Below are positions 38,475-48,112 of a DNA stretch of 64,000 bases, in pieces. Each line of letters opens with the position of its first letter. Position 1 is the stretch's first letter. The DNA comes from an uncultured Oscillospiraceae bacterium. GTDB lineage: Bacteria > Bacillota > Clostridia > Oscillospirales > Ruminococcaceae. The notes beneath the pieces are model-generated. The model had not been told where the DNA came from and searched no databases. It saw nothing but the letters and a program-made list of their open reading frames with translations. The position numbers were made by a program, and so were the translations under genes. The stretch spans positions 210,973 through 274,972 of the forward strand of contig CAJJZS010000001.1 of the NCBI GenBank assembly GCA_905197685.1, written 5' to 3'.

Positions 38475-41132
38475 TCAGATATTCTCTTCCCGCAAAGCGT
38501 CGATGATGGTATCGTTTCGGATATTTCGGGAGGAAATCAGGTAAGAAGCTCCGATTGCAGCCATCACAGACAGGATGCTGAGCAGGATTTTGCCGACAGG
38601 CAAAAACGGCAGAAACTCCGCCAGAGAAAGGTCAACCGGAACGCTCATCGCAGCAAGATAAATCACCAAAATCGGAACGGTAATCATCACAGGGGAAATC
38701 ATCATGCGCAGCGCCTCTAAGCGCAGTAGGCGTTTGATTTCGGCAAAATCCATTCCCACCGAGCGCAGCATGGCAAATTCTTTTCTGCGCTGCCGCAGAG
38801 AATTGTGAACGGAAGAAATTGCGTTGGAAACGCCGATTAAACCTAACAGCAGTCCGATTCCGTTGACAACAAAGTCCATCGCCTTTGACATAACGGCGTT
38901 GTTTTGCCTGTCCTCCTCGTTGCTGTAAACGGTAACATCCTCGGTGGAAAGGGTCGATTCACAAAGCTGACGCAGCTGTTTGGTTACGGCAAGGTCATCC
39001 TGGGGCTGTGTTTTTAAGGAAAGATACAGTCGATAAGAGCCTGCGGAATATTCCGGCAAAAAGTTTTGCACAATGGAATAGTAGGTGTCGATAGGAAAAT
39101 ACAACATCAGCTGATAGTTGTAGTTGTGATAATCAAGCTGCGGAGGCGCCGAAGCGATTGCCCCGATATGCACCGAAAAGCGGTAATCGGTTTCCATCGA
39201 ATCCTTTGTTTTTTCTTCCAAAACCAGTTCCTGATTTTGACTGAGGTTCAGCAGCGGATAGAATTGGCTCGCCTTTTCCGCATTGTTGGTAATGTCGGGG
39301 TAGCGGGGAGCCCAGCTTAAAGCCAAAGCCTGAGGATTCTCGGTATCATAGTATTTTTTCGGGTCGTCCCCCACCGAACGGCAGTACTCGTCAAAGAATT
39401 TTGGCTCCAAACCGAACAGCTGTACCGGAATCCGGTATTTTCCGTCGCGTTCAATCAACGGGAACCGCATTTGATCCACATCGGCAAAGCCGCCCGCTTG
39501 GGTAAACGGTTCGGATTGCTGCTCGGGTGTAACCCAAAGGGCAACGGTGTCGGTAACATAATAGGTTTGTTCCTCTACTTTCGGCAGCTCGCCGATAGCG
39601 TTCAGCAGCTGCGGATCGGGTTCTCCTAAAATTTGCAGCCGTCCGGAAATGTTGTAATAATTGCTCCGGCGATTTCTGTCGCTCAGGCAGTCGCTCATTG
39701 CCAAGGTGCAAAAAAATCCGGTCAACAGCAGCAGACACAGCGTCATAGAAGTGATGCACGAGCGAAACGAACGGCGATACGCCCGATAAGAAACGGCGGC
39801 AAGCTCGCCGGAAAATCCGAACAGCTTGGAAAAGATGCGGTGATGTTTGCTTTTTCGCAGCTTCACCGCCTGTTCGGGGGAACGGATTGCCTCAATCGGG
39901 GAGAGCTTTGCCATCTTTCTTGCCGGAATAAAAGCAGAAATCAATACGGTAATCAACGAAACCAAAGCTGCAATCAGCGCAATCGGCAAAGAAAAATGAA
40001 CGGTAACGGGAAAGTAGATTAAATCGCCCCCGATTTTTTGATAAATCTCAAAAATCAGCAGGGTAAACAGATGTCCGGTTACAATGCTCAGTAAAATCGG
40101 AAGAACGGATAAGATAACCCCCTCCAACAAAATGGATTTGCGAATCTGCGCGGGGGTTGCTCCGACGGAACGGAACATTCCAAGCTGTTTTATCCGCGCA
40201 TTTGCCGACAGAGAAAATGCATTGTGAATGATAAAAACAAACGCGCCGGCAGTCAGCAGCACCAAAACCACATAGACCATGATGTTGATATAGTTGGTAA
40301 TATCAAACGGAAGATTCGGGTCGAACACTCCGTTTAGAGAAAGCAGCTCCTTATGATAGCGAAAGTTGTTTTCATACTCTCCGTATTCGTTTGCCTCCAG
40401 TCCCAGCTCTTTGGCAATCAGCGGTACTTCGGTATAGGTGTCCCGAATGTTTTTCATCTGAAGATAAACCACCGTTTCATCGGTCGGCAGCAGGGAAGAA
40501 CGGTCCAAAAATCCCATCGCATAGTATCCGGGAACGGTGGTCGCGGTGGTCGCATCCAGACTGCCGACAAAAGTAATGGTAATTTCGCCGTCCGGCACAA
40601 AGGTTTCCCCCTCCTGTCGGATACCCACATCTAAAACCTCATTGTGGAATATCCGCTGACCGACCGGCAAGGTGACGGTGTCTCCGACAGCAAACTGCGG
40701 GTTGCGTTCAAAAAAGCTCTTGGAAACCACAACTTCCCCGGGACGCTGCGGGGTTCTGCCTTCCAAAACAGCGTTTTTTTCCCCCATTTCCTCCCAGTAG
40801 TTTTGGTCGGCGTCGCGTAAAAGCAGGTAGGGCAAGGCGGAACCCTGCGGCAGCTGCACCGCGCAAAACGGACCCTTTACCATCGTCTTTTTGACATGAA
40901 TGTTATGCTCTGCCGTTTCCAACATATCCGGGGTGATATATCCGCCCAGCTCTGCGTGCCAGTTGCCGCTGTCATGGTATTCGATATCCACCCTCCATCG
41001 CCATTGGGTATAGGCGTAGGAGCACAGGGAATACAGCAGGGTAGACGCCAATAAAATTGCCGCCATAATGGAAAGGGAGGTGTGCTTGTTGCGCCGCAGC
41101 GTGTTTAATGTGTATCGAGAGAGAATCTTCAT
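38475..41132 (-). CDS. BceB-type FtsX-family ABC permease (module 2)
   Basis: The 885-aa protein has 10 TM helices with a very large extracytoplasmic domain. It overlaps the upstream ATPase by 4 nt. Confidence 0.8.
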   Translation of the reverse strand: MKILSRYTLNTLRRNKHTSLSIMAAILLASTLLYSLCSYAYTQWRWRVDIEYHDSGNWHAELGGYITPDMLETAEHNIHVKKTMVKGPFCAVQLPQGSALPYLLLRDADQNYWEEMGEKNAVLEGRTPQRPGEVVVSKSFFERNPQFAVGDTVTLPVGQRIFHNEVLDVGIRQEGETFVPDGEITITFVGSLDATTATTVPGYYAMGFLDRSSLLPTDETVVYLQMKNIRDTYTEVPLIAKELGLEANEYGEYENNFRYHKELLSLNGVFDPNLPFDITNYINIMVYVVLVLLTAGAFVFIIHNAFSLSANARIKQLGMFRSVGATPAQIRKSILLEGVILSVLPILLSIVTGHLFTLLIFEIYQKIGGDLIYFPVTVHFSLPIALIAALVSLITVLISAFIPARKMAKLSPIEAIRSPEQAVKLRKSKHHRIFSKLFGFSGELAAVSYRAYRRSFRSCITSMTLCLLLLTGFFCTLAMSDCLSDRNRRSNYYNISGRLQILGEPDPQLLNAIGELPKVEEQTYYVTDTVALWVTPEQQSEPFTQAGGFADVDQMRFPLIERDGKYRIPVQLFGLEPKFFDEYCRSVGDDPKKYYDTENPQALALSWAPRYPDITNNAEKASQFYPLLNLSQNQELVLEEKTKDSMETDYRFSVHIGAIASAPPQLDYHNYNYQLMLYFPIDTYYSIVQNFLPEYSAGSYRLYLSLKTQPQDDLAVTKQLRQLCESTLSTEDVTVYSNEEDRQNNAVMSKAMDFVVNGIGLLLGLIGVSNAISSVHNSLRQRRKEFAMLRSVGMDFAEIKRLLRLEALRMMISPVMITVPILVIYLAAMSVPVDLSLAEFLPFLPVGKILLSILSVMAAIGASYLISSRNIRNDTIIDALREENI

Positions 41133-41815
41133 CGTTTCACCACCTCGTCGGAAAGAATTTTGCCGTCCTCAATGGTGATGATTCGGTCTGCCTCCAGAGC
41201 AAGCCGCTCGTCATGGGTAATCAGCAGGACGGTCTGGCGGTAGTGACGGTTAGAGATTTTTAAAAGATTTAAAATTTCTTCGGAATTTTTGCGGTCAAGG
41301 TTGCCGGTCGGCTCGTCCGCAAGCAGGATTGCAGGATGGTAAATCAGCGCTCTGCCGATGGCTGCCCGTTGCTGTTGTCCGCCCGAGAGCTGGTTGGGCA
41401 GACGGGAAAGCAGGTCGCTCAACCCTAAGATACGCGCCAGTTCGTTCAGCTCGTTTTCGTCTGGCTTTTGATTGTCTAACAGCAGCGGCAGCAGAATGTT
41501 CTGCCGGATATCCAAGGTAGGAATCAGATTGTAAAACTGATAAATCAATCCGACCTTGCGCCGCCGAAAGACAGAAAGCTGCGTTTCGTTTAAAGAAGCA
41601 ATATCGGTGTCCTCAATCCATATCTTGCCCGAGGTGGGGCGATCCACTCCGCCCAGCAGGTGCAGCAGGGTGGATTTTCCCGAGCCGGAAGTGCCGACAA
41701 TCGCGACAAACTGCCCCTTTTCCACCGAAAAGCTCAGGTCGTTTAAAGCATGAACTTGATTTTGATGTTTTCCGTATGTTTTGCTTAAATGTTCACAGCA
41801 AAGAATTTCAGTCAT
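41129..41815 (-). CDS. BceA-type ABC ATP-binding protein (module 2)
   Basis: Walker A reads GTSGSGKST. The signature reads LSGGQQQRAA. Walker B reads LLADEPTGNLD. The RBS is AAAGGAGG. Confidence 0.85.
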   Translation of the reverse strand: MTEILCCEHLSKTYGKHQNQVHALNDLSFSVEKGQFVAIVGTSGSGKSTLLHLLGGVDRPTSGKIWIEDTDIASLNETQLSVFRRRKVGLIYQFYNLIPTLDIRQNILLPLLLDNQKPDENELNELARILGLSDLLSRLPNQLSGGQQQRAAIGRALIYHPAILLADEPTGNLDRKNSEEILNLLKISNRHYRQTVLLITHDERLALEADRIITIEDGKILSDEVVKR

Positions 41816-41854
41816 ATTCTCAGCCTCCTTTGTTTGCTATCATACAGGGGCTGA

Positions 41855-43066
41855 CTAACAATTCGGTGACAAATCCACATTTTTATAAAATTTTACAATA
41901 AATTTTGCCCCGCTGCCTTCCCGACGATTTTGCGCGGTTATATCGCCGTCCTGCCGCTCGATGACAGATTTTGCAAGGGCAAGACCGATACCGATGCTGT
42001 CCTTTGCCGCGTGTTTTCCCCGATAAAACCGTTCAAATAAATGCGGCAGATCTTCGGGGTCAAATCCGGGTCCGCAGTCGGCGACGATAATCTGTAAAAA
42101 GATGGGATTTTCCGAAACCTCAATCTCAATTTCAGAGCCTTTCGGAGCGTGTTCGCAGCAGTTTTTCAGCAGATTGGAAATTGCCTCGCAGGTCCAGGAA
42201 AAATCGCAAAACAGGTTTTGCGCCTCACAGCAAAGGCGGAAGGAAAGTTCCTTTTGTTCGGCAAGCGGACGGACCAATTCAACCGAACATTCCAGCAGCT
42301 CTTCCGCAGAAATTTCCCTTCGGTGCAGCGGCAGCGCGCCTGCGTCCAGTTTGGACAGGGTCAGCAGCGAGGAAACAAGAGAAGCCATGCGCTCGTTTTG
42401 CAAAACAATTTTTTGGGCGGTTTCCTGCTCCCGTTGAAGAGCAGGGTTTCTTTCAAAGGAAGCAAGCAAAACCTCCCCCATTAAAGAAACGGAAGTAAGC
42501 GGGGATTTCAGCTGATGGGAAATGTCCGCTAAATTTTCGGCAAGATGTTCCTTTGCGGCAACCGATGCCTCCCGGCTTTCTCGAAGATTTACAACCGTCT
42601 TGTAAATCCTGTCCTCCAGGTGAGAAAATTCGTCCTCGCGGGAGTGGGGAAGAAGGGGATATTCTCCCTGTTCTACTCGGTTGAGGTATTCGGTGAGGGC
42701 GCGGATTCTTCTGTTTTGCCTTTGAAAAATGAGAAAAAATAATCCCCATAATATTCCGAACAGAACAGCAAAACACCCCAAAAATAAAAGAACGGAAAAC
42801 AGGGGAGGATAAGAAAACAACCTTCCCCGATAGCCGTAGCGGGAAAGCAGCTCTCTGCCTTGTTCCGCTTTATCTTCAGTCGGGTTTGTCAGATTGTCGA
42901 TGAGGTTTACCATGTCATCGGGACGGTCGGCAGCAACGGCGGCAATCTTTTCATAAAACTGTTCTTCATGAAAAAAAGCAATCCCCTTGCAAAGAAAAAA
43001 GCAGAATAATGCGCAGGCAAAGGAGAGCAAAGCGGCGGTACAGAGAACAGAACGCTTATTTTTCAT
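41855..43066 (-). CDS. Sensor histidine kinase (module 2)
   Basis: Two TM helices are followed by a HAMP-like linker. The H box reads HQLKSPL. The HATPase_c motif reads GIGLALAKS. The ATG at 43066 has GGAGG. Confidence 0.8.
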   Translation of the reverse strand: MKNKRSVLCTAALLSFACALFCFFLCKGIAFFHEEQFYEKIAAVAADRPDDMVNLIDNLTNPTEDKAEQGRELLSRYGYRGRLFSYPPLFSVLLFLGCFAVLFGILWGLFFLIFQRQNRRIRALTEYLNRVEQGEYPLLPHSREDEFSHLEDRIYKTVVNLRESREASVAAKEHLAENLADISHQLKSPLTSVSLMGEVLLASFERNPALQREQETAQKIVLQNERMASLVSSLLTLSKLDAGALPLHRREISAEELLECSVELVRPLAEQKELSFRLCCEAQNLFCDFSWTCEAISNLLKNCCEHAPKGSEIEIEVSENPIFLQIIVADCGPGFDPEDLPHLFERFYRGKHAAKDSIGIGLALAKSVIERQDGDITAQNRREGSGAKFIVKFYKNVDLSPNC

Positions 43067-43739
43067 GGCAATCCTCCGCTTTATATCCGATTCCACGAAC
43101 CGTTTTGATGATTCTTTGCGGGTCGCCGCCCAGTTTTTCCCTCAGCCGCTTTACCAGAACAGTCAGGGCGTTGTCCCCCACAAATTCCCCATCGATGTCC
43201 CACAATTTTTCCAGAATCATGGTTCGGGTCAGCGTCCTGTTTTTATTTTCTAAAAAAAGCTCTAAAAGGTGGTATTCTCCGGCGGTCAGGTGCAGCGGCT
43301 GTCCGTTCACTGTGACAAGGGCGGCAGATTTTGACAGGACAACATCCCCGCAGCGCAGCAGCTCCTCCGATTGTTTTTCGCAGCGGCAGCGGCGCATCAC
43401 TGCCTGAATCCGGGAAAGCAGAACCTGCAAGCGAAAGGGCTTGGTGATGTAATCGTCCGCTCCGCAGTTTAAACCGTTCACAATCTCCTGCTCCTCGTCC
43501 TGCGCGGTGAGAATGATAAGCGGCAGGCGATTTTGCGCGGCAACCTCCTTGCAGAAGGAGATACCGTTTCCGTCCGGCAAACCTAAATCCAGCAGGATAA
43601 GGTCGATTTCCGAAAGAGAAACCTGTCTTGCCTCCTTTAACGACTGCGCGCAGCGGACCGAAAATCCGTTTGCTTCCAAAGCTTGGGTTAAGCTGTATTC
43701 AATAAAGGAATCGTCCTCAATCAATAAAATTTGCAGCAT
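43056..43739 (-). CDS. OmpR-family response regulator (module 2)
   Basis: The receiver reads MLQILLIEDD...LILLDLGLPDGNG. The C-terminus reads GYKA, a winged helix. Confidence 0.85.
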   Translation of the reverse strand: MLQILLIEDDSFIEYSLTQALEANGFSVRCAQSLKEARQVSLSEIDLILLDLGLPDGNGISFCKEVAAQNRLPLIILTAQDEEQEIVNGLNCGADDYITKPFRLQVLLSRIQAVMRRCRCEKQSEELLRCGDVVLSKSAALVTVNGQPLHLTAGEYHLLELFLENKNRTLTRTMILEKLWDIDGEFVGDNALTVLVKRLREKLGGDPQRIIKTVRGIGYKAEDCHEK

Positions 43740-44019
43740 ACTTTGCTCCCTCTTTCCGATTTTGTTCTGTTTTTTTACTATAACACAGACGGAAGAAAAA
43801 GTCACGGCACTTCAAATCTGTTGTGTAAAAAAGAAAAAATTCACAAAAATTCCCGATGAAGTCATAGCTTTTCATAAACCTGAAAAGTCATCTGCCCCTT
43901 TCTTTAGAAAAAGTAACGGGAAAAAACGAAGAAACCGGAAAAAATATTGCAAGCAAAGTCACTTTTTGGTATGATAAAGATATGATGTACCGATATTTTT
44001 ACAAAAGGAGGAGATTGTT

Positions 44020-44637
44020 TTGGTCACAGTAAAATCATGGATTCAGTCGGTTATGGCGGGGGTCTGTATCGCAGTGGGAGGAATTGTTTACCTCAGCGTA
44101 GAGAATAAAATGTTCGGCGCGGTGCTGTTCTCTACTGGTTTGTTTACCATCTGCACCTTCGGCTATAACCTGTACACAGGCAAGGCGTGCTATTTTCCGG
44201 GCAGCGAGAAAAAAGGAGAGTATCTGGTATGGCTCGCGCAGATTTGGGCAGGCAACCTGATTGGAACCGCTTTGGTGGGATATGCCATGCGCCTTACCCG
44301 CAGCGGAGCGGCATTGGCGCAGACTGCCGCCGCTCTTTGTGAGAAAAAGCTGACCGATTCCCCGCTCAGCATCTTTATTTTGGCAGTTTTGTGCAACTTT
44401 TTAATCTATATTGCGGTGGAAAATTACAAGAATAATCCGCACCAACTGGGGAAATATCTGGGGATTTTTTTAGGCGTAACGGTATTTATCCTTGCCGGAT
44501 TTGAGCATTGTGTTGCCAATATGTTTTATTTTTCGGTAGCCAATGTCTGGAGCGTACATACCGTAATTTATCTGCTGATTATGACAGTGGGAAACTTTGT
44601 CGGCGGCGCTCTGCCGGAATGGCTTAAACGATTTTAA
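44020..44637 (+). CDS. Formate/nitrite transporter (FNT) family protein, short form
   Basis: The FNT signature reads LAGFEHCVANMFYF. The protein has about 6 TM helices. The gene has a TTG start after GGAGGAG. Confidence 0.65.
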   Translation: MVTVKSWIQSVMAGVCIAVGGIVYLSVENKMFGAVLFSTGLFTICTFGYNLYTGKACYFPGSEKKGEYLVWLAQIWAGNLIGTALVGYAMRLTRSGAALAQTAAALCEKKLTDSPLSIFILAVLCNFLIYIAVENYKNNPHQLGKYLGIFLGVTVFILAGFEHCVANMFYFSVANVWSVHTVIYLLIMTVGNFVGGALPEWLKRF

Positions 44638-44652
44638 GAGGGGGAAAATGCC

Positions 44653-45105
44653 GTGAAATTGGCGGAAGCGCTTCAGGAACGCGCAGACTTAAACCGAAGA
44701 ATTGCGCAGCTTAACAACAGGCTGTCCTGCAACGCAACGGTGCAGGAGGGCGAACAGCCGGCAGAAAATCCAAGCGAATTGCTCAAAGAACTGGACAGCT
44801 GTATTGACCGTTTGGAAGAATTGATTTGCAGAATCAACCTGACCAACTGCCAAACAGTAACCGATTCCAAAACGCTCACCGAGCAGATTGCCCACAGGGA
44901 TTGTTTAAAGGAAAAGTTAAAAAGCTATCGAATGTTTGCCGAGGAGGCAAGCCGCCTGACAGACCGTGTCAGCCGAACAGAAATTCGGGTTTGCAGTTCC
45001 GTTTCGGTCAAAGAACTGCAAAAACAGATTGATTCCCTTGCCAAAGAGCTGCGGCTTGCGGATAATCGGATTCAGCAGACCAACTGGACCACAGAGCTGC
45101 TGTAA
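44653..45105 (+). CDS. DIP1984-family (septicolysin-like) coiled-coil protein of unknown function
   Basis: The N-terminus MKLAEALQERADLNRRIAQL matches my recollection of that family. The gene has a GTG start. Confidence 0.5.
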   Translation: MKLAEALQERADLNRRIAQLNNRLSCNATVQEGEQPAENPSELLKELDSCIDRLEELICRINLTNCQTVTDSKTLTEQIAHRDCLKEKLKSYRMFAEEASRLTDRVSRTEIRVCSSVSVKELQKQIDSLAKELRLADNRIQQTNWTTELL

Positions 45106-45339
45106 CGGGTCGGTTTTTGGTGTAGTTTTCGGGGCGAATGTCAACCTTGCGCAGCGGAGGAAACAGCTGTATTCAGATTATGACGCGCCGAAGGGCAGGC
45201 GTATTTTTTATTTACTGAAAATGCCCCGATCGGGTACTTCTGTATTCGGCATCGAGCAACAGGTACTACCGGATATTGACCGAAAACAAGGGCGGGCTGC
45301 GGGAAAAAACCGACCCGAATCAAACGGAACAAAAAGAAT

Positions 45340-45368
45340 GGAAAAGGCGGCAGATTTTTTCTGTCGCC
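45340..45368 (-). terminator. Terminator of the repressor gene
   Basis: On the minus strand the sequence is GGCGACAG-AAAAAAT-CTGCCGCC followed by TTTTC. Confidence 0.5.
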
Positions 45369-45386
45369 TTTCTCTTTGCTGTTTTC

Positions 45387-46034
45387 TTATTCGATTAAGC
45401 TGGTAAATCCGACCGCTTTCCCCAGGATTCTCACCTGGTCCAGCTCCTCTCCGGTGTAAACCAAAGGTTCATACTGTGGGTTTGCGGGGGAAAGCACCAG
45501 TTTGTCCGGGTATTTATATACCCGTTTTAAGGTTGCGGAGTTTTCAATGCAGACAGCGGCAATCGCCCCGTTATCCACATCGGGTTGCTGACGGATATAA
45601 ACGATGTCCCCGTCATGAATATGGACGTCAATCATGCTGTCGCCGTGGCAGCGCAGCGCAAAATCCGCTTTGATGTGCTGCGGAACCTCCAAAATTGCCT
45701 CGATGTTTTGCTCGGCAAGGATGGGGCTGCCGCAGGCAATCTCCCCAAGCAGCGGGATTTGGTAGGTTTGGGGCAGGGGGATCAGATTGGTGATGGAAGA
45801 AATATCGGATGGATTCATCTGTTCGGTTCGGCACAGCAGCCAGTCGGGATCTACCCGCAAAGCCTTTGCAATCGCCTCAATCACCGGCAGCTTCATCTTT
45901 TCTATCTTGCCTTTTTCATAACGCTGTATTGTAGAAACAGCCACGCCGACCTCTTTGGCAACGTCGCCTAAATTCATTCCCAGTTGTTCGCGTCTTGTTT
46001 GGATTCGTTTTCCGGTCTGGATGTTTTGATTCAC
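45387..46034 (-). CDS. XRE-HTH plus S24 peptidase (LexA/CI-like) repressor
   Basis: The N-terminal HTH reads LGMNLGDVAKEVGVAVSTIQRYEKG. The C-terminal catalytic Ser reads GDSM and the Lys lies in KRVY. The GTG start at 46034 lies after AAAGGAGGG. Confidence 0.8.
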   Translation of the reverse strand: MNQNIQTGKRIQTRREQLGMNLGDVAKEVGVAVSTIQRYEKGKIEKMKLPVIEAIAKALRVDPDWLLCRTEQMNPSDISSITNLIPLPQTYQIPLLGEIACGSPILAEQNIEAILEVPQHIKADFALRCHGDSMIDVHIHDGDIVYIRQQPDVDNGAIAAVCIENSATLKRVYKYPDKLVLSPANPQYEPLVYTGEELDQVRILGKAVGFTSLIE

Positions 46035-46309
46035 AGGATTCCCTCCTTTTACAAATATTATACCACAAGTTTTTGCAACACGCAACAGAAAAATAAAAAA
46101 ACTTGCGCTATGCTATTGACTTATTGTTTGCATAGTGCTAAAATAGAGATAAAGAAAGAAAAAACGGAGCAGAAAAAAGGCTTTTTACCGCATTTTATGC
46201 AAAAAATGGCAAAAAGAATGGGAACGGACCGAAATCCGAGAAAAAAGCTCCGATTTTTTTACCCTTTTTGGATTGCACAGCGCAACCAAAATCAAGGAGG
46301 AAACGAGAA

Positions 46310-46477
46310 ATGATGCCAATTTTACTGATTTTCGGACTGTTATTCGGGGGACTTTTTCTGCTGGGATTGTGCGGAACACTCTTAGAGCAAAACCCCGACC
46401 TGTTTGCATGGAGTACAGAACCGCAGCCGCAGCAGCCGCAGGAATCGTCGGAGCTTCGCTGCAAGCGGGCAGGGTAA
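46310..46477 (+). CDS. Possible 55-aa single-TM peptide
   Basis: AAGGAGG lies 9 nt upstream of ATGATG. A hydrophobic core LLIFGLLFGGLFLLGLCG is present. Confidence 0.35.
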   Translation: MMPILLIFGLLFGGLFLLGLCGTLLEQNPDLFAWSTEPQPQQPQESSELRCKRAG

Positions 46478-46530
46478 CGGGGAAAATAAAAAAACCGACC
46501 CTTTCAAAAAAAGAAAAAGGTCGGCTGCAA

Positions 46531-46716
46531 TTATTTCTCATCAAATTTTCCGCAGGCTTTTTGCTCGGGGTCGATTCTGGTTCCTTCCCCGATGCGGTAG
46601 TTTCGGCTGAAAAAGCTGCCCTTCTTTTTGCAAAAGTAGAGCGGCGGTCGGCGGTAGTCGGTCGAGCGGTCATCTTTCCAACAATGTCGGCATTCCGAAC
46701 AGCGATGTTCTGTCAC
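46531..46716 (-). CDS. 61-aa Cys-rich small protein, possibly zinc-binding
   Basis: The GTG start has the RBS GAGGTG. Cys residues occur at CSECRHC, FCKK and ACGK. It begins 1 nt after the stop of the ACT protein gene. Confidence 0.45.
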   Translation of the reverse strand: MTEHRCSECRHCWKDDRSTDYRRPPLYFCKKKGSFFSRNYRIGEGTRIDPEQKACGKFDEK

Positions 46717-46717
46717 C

Positions 46718-47182
46718 TTACACCTCGTAATATTGTTTCAGTGCGTCCAGCACGGCGGGAAGCGCGTGCTGCGCAATCAAAATGGAGATATCCACCTCGG
46801 AGGTTGTGATAAACATAATTTCGTTTGTTACCGAGCTGACCAAGGAAAAAGCCTGAGCCGCAACGCCCGGACGGGAGCGCATTTCCTCGCCGAACAGCTG
46901 AATCTTGCAGTTCCCGCCCGAAACAATCGGGCGAACCGAAGGATTTTGCTCCCGAAAGCTGCGGATAACGGCAAGGGCGGACACAACGTCGCCGGAGCTT
47001 ACAGTAAAGGAAATATCGGAAGTTTCCCCAACCGGCGCGGATTGCGAAATCATATCAATATTGATATTTTGGCGGGAAAATTCGGTCATAATCTGCGCTG
47101 CAAGCGAAAGATTGTGCGGAATGTGATGAAAACAGATTAAAGAAATATCCTCTGTAACAGAGATTTTGCTGACACCGTGCAT
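46718..47182 (-). CDS. Standalone twin-ACT protein resembling the aspartokinase regulatory (beta) subunit
   Basis: GEEMRSRPGVAAQAFSLVS..NEIMFITTSEVDISILI parallels the LysC C-terminal ACT domains, VGxGMRSHPGVAAKMF..INIRMISTSEIKISVLI. Confidence 0.75.
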   Translation of the reverse strand: MHGVSKISVTEDISLICFHHIPHNLSLAAQIMTEFSRQNINIDMISQSAPVGETSDISFTVSSGDVVSALAVIRSFREQNPSVRPIVSGGNCKIQLFGEEMRSRPGVAAQAFSLVSSVTNEIMFITTSEVDISILIAQHALPAVLDALKQYYEV

Positions 47183-47238
47183 GATAAAATCCTTTCTCCC
47201 GTTTTGGGGGCGGTAATCGGAATTTTGCTGCTTTTATC

Positions 47239-47985
47239 TTAAACCAAATCGCCCATATTGTAAAGCCCCGGTTTTTGATTAACCAGGAATAAAGCGGCGT
47301 TGACAGCGCCTTGAGCAAACACTTCTTTGCTTGCGGCAGAGTGGCTCAGGGTAATTACCTCGTCATGTCCGGCAAAGATGATGTCATGTTCGCCGACGAT
47401 GGTTCCCCCGCGAATCGAGTGAATCCCGATTTCATTTTTCGAACGGGCGGCGCGGCGGCTGTGTCGGTCATAGATGTATTGAGGCTGATGCTCCAGCTCC
47501 TCACAAACGGCGTCTGCCAGCATCAAAGCGGTTCCGCTGGGGGCGTCAACCTTGCGGTTATGGTGCTTTTCGACAATTTCGATATCAAAGTCGCTGCCCA
47601 AAACCTTTGCCGCTTTTTTGGCAAGTTCGCACAGCAGCGAGATTCCAAGAGACATATTGGCAGAGAAGAAAACCGGGACAATCTTTGCTGTCTGCCGAAT
47701 CTGCTCAATCTGTTCTTCGGAAAGTCCGGTGGTTGCAATCACTGCCGGGATTTTGTGCTTTGCAGCATATTCCAGCAGGGAAGAGGTAACCGACGGGTGC
47801 GAAAAATCAATGATAACATCGCAGTTTACATCACAGTCGGAAAGAGCGGAGAAAACCGGATATTCTGCAACAACAGGATTTAAGTCTAAACCCGCGCCGA
47901 TTTTGCAGTCGGTTCGCTGCTGCACCGAGCGGGTGATTGCCTGTCCCATTTTTCCTCCTGCGCCGGAGAGAAGAATTGATACCAT
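47239..47985 (-). CDS. dapB: 4-hydroxy-tetrahydrodipicolinate reductase
   Basis: The N-terminal Rossmann fold reads VSILLSGAGGKMG. The C-terminus reads HHNRKVDAPSGTA. Confidence 0.9.
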   Translation of the reverse strand: MVSILLSGAGGKMGQAITRSVQQRTDCKIGAGLDLNPVVAEYPVFSALSDCDVNCDVIIDFSHPSVTSSLLEYAAKHKIPAVIATTGLSEEQIEQIRQTAKIVPVFFSANMSLGISLLCELAKKAAKVLGSDFDIEIVEKHHNRKVDAPSGTALMLADAVCEELEHQPQYIYDRHSRRAARSKNEIGIHSIRGGTIVGEHDIIFAGHDEVITLSHSAASKEVFAQGAVNAALFLVNQKPGLYNMGDLV

Positions 47986-48112
47986 AAAAAACGTCCTTTC
48001 TTTTTTCGTATTTCCTTTATTTTCATGATTTCTGCTGTGGCTTTGTCAAATAAAAACAGAACAAAAGGGTCGGGAAGAAGCCGTTCTCCCCGGACCCTTT
48101 CAAACGCTTTGA

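Noticed and set aside
44966-45406. 146-aa plus-strand ORF in the DIP1984-repressor spacer
   Set aside because: It has no RBS, its translation is Arg/Gly-rich, and it overlaps the repressor terminator. It is probably non-coding.
46035-46180. LexA (Cheo) SOS box upstream of the XRE-S24 repressor
   Set aside because: I could not find a GAAC-N4-GTTC element. The gene is therefore treated as a CI-like repressor rather than canonical lexA.
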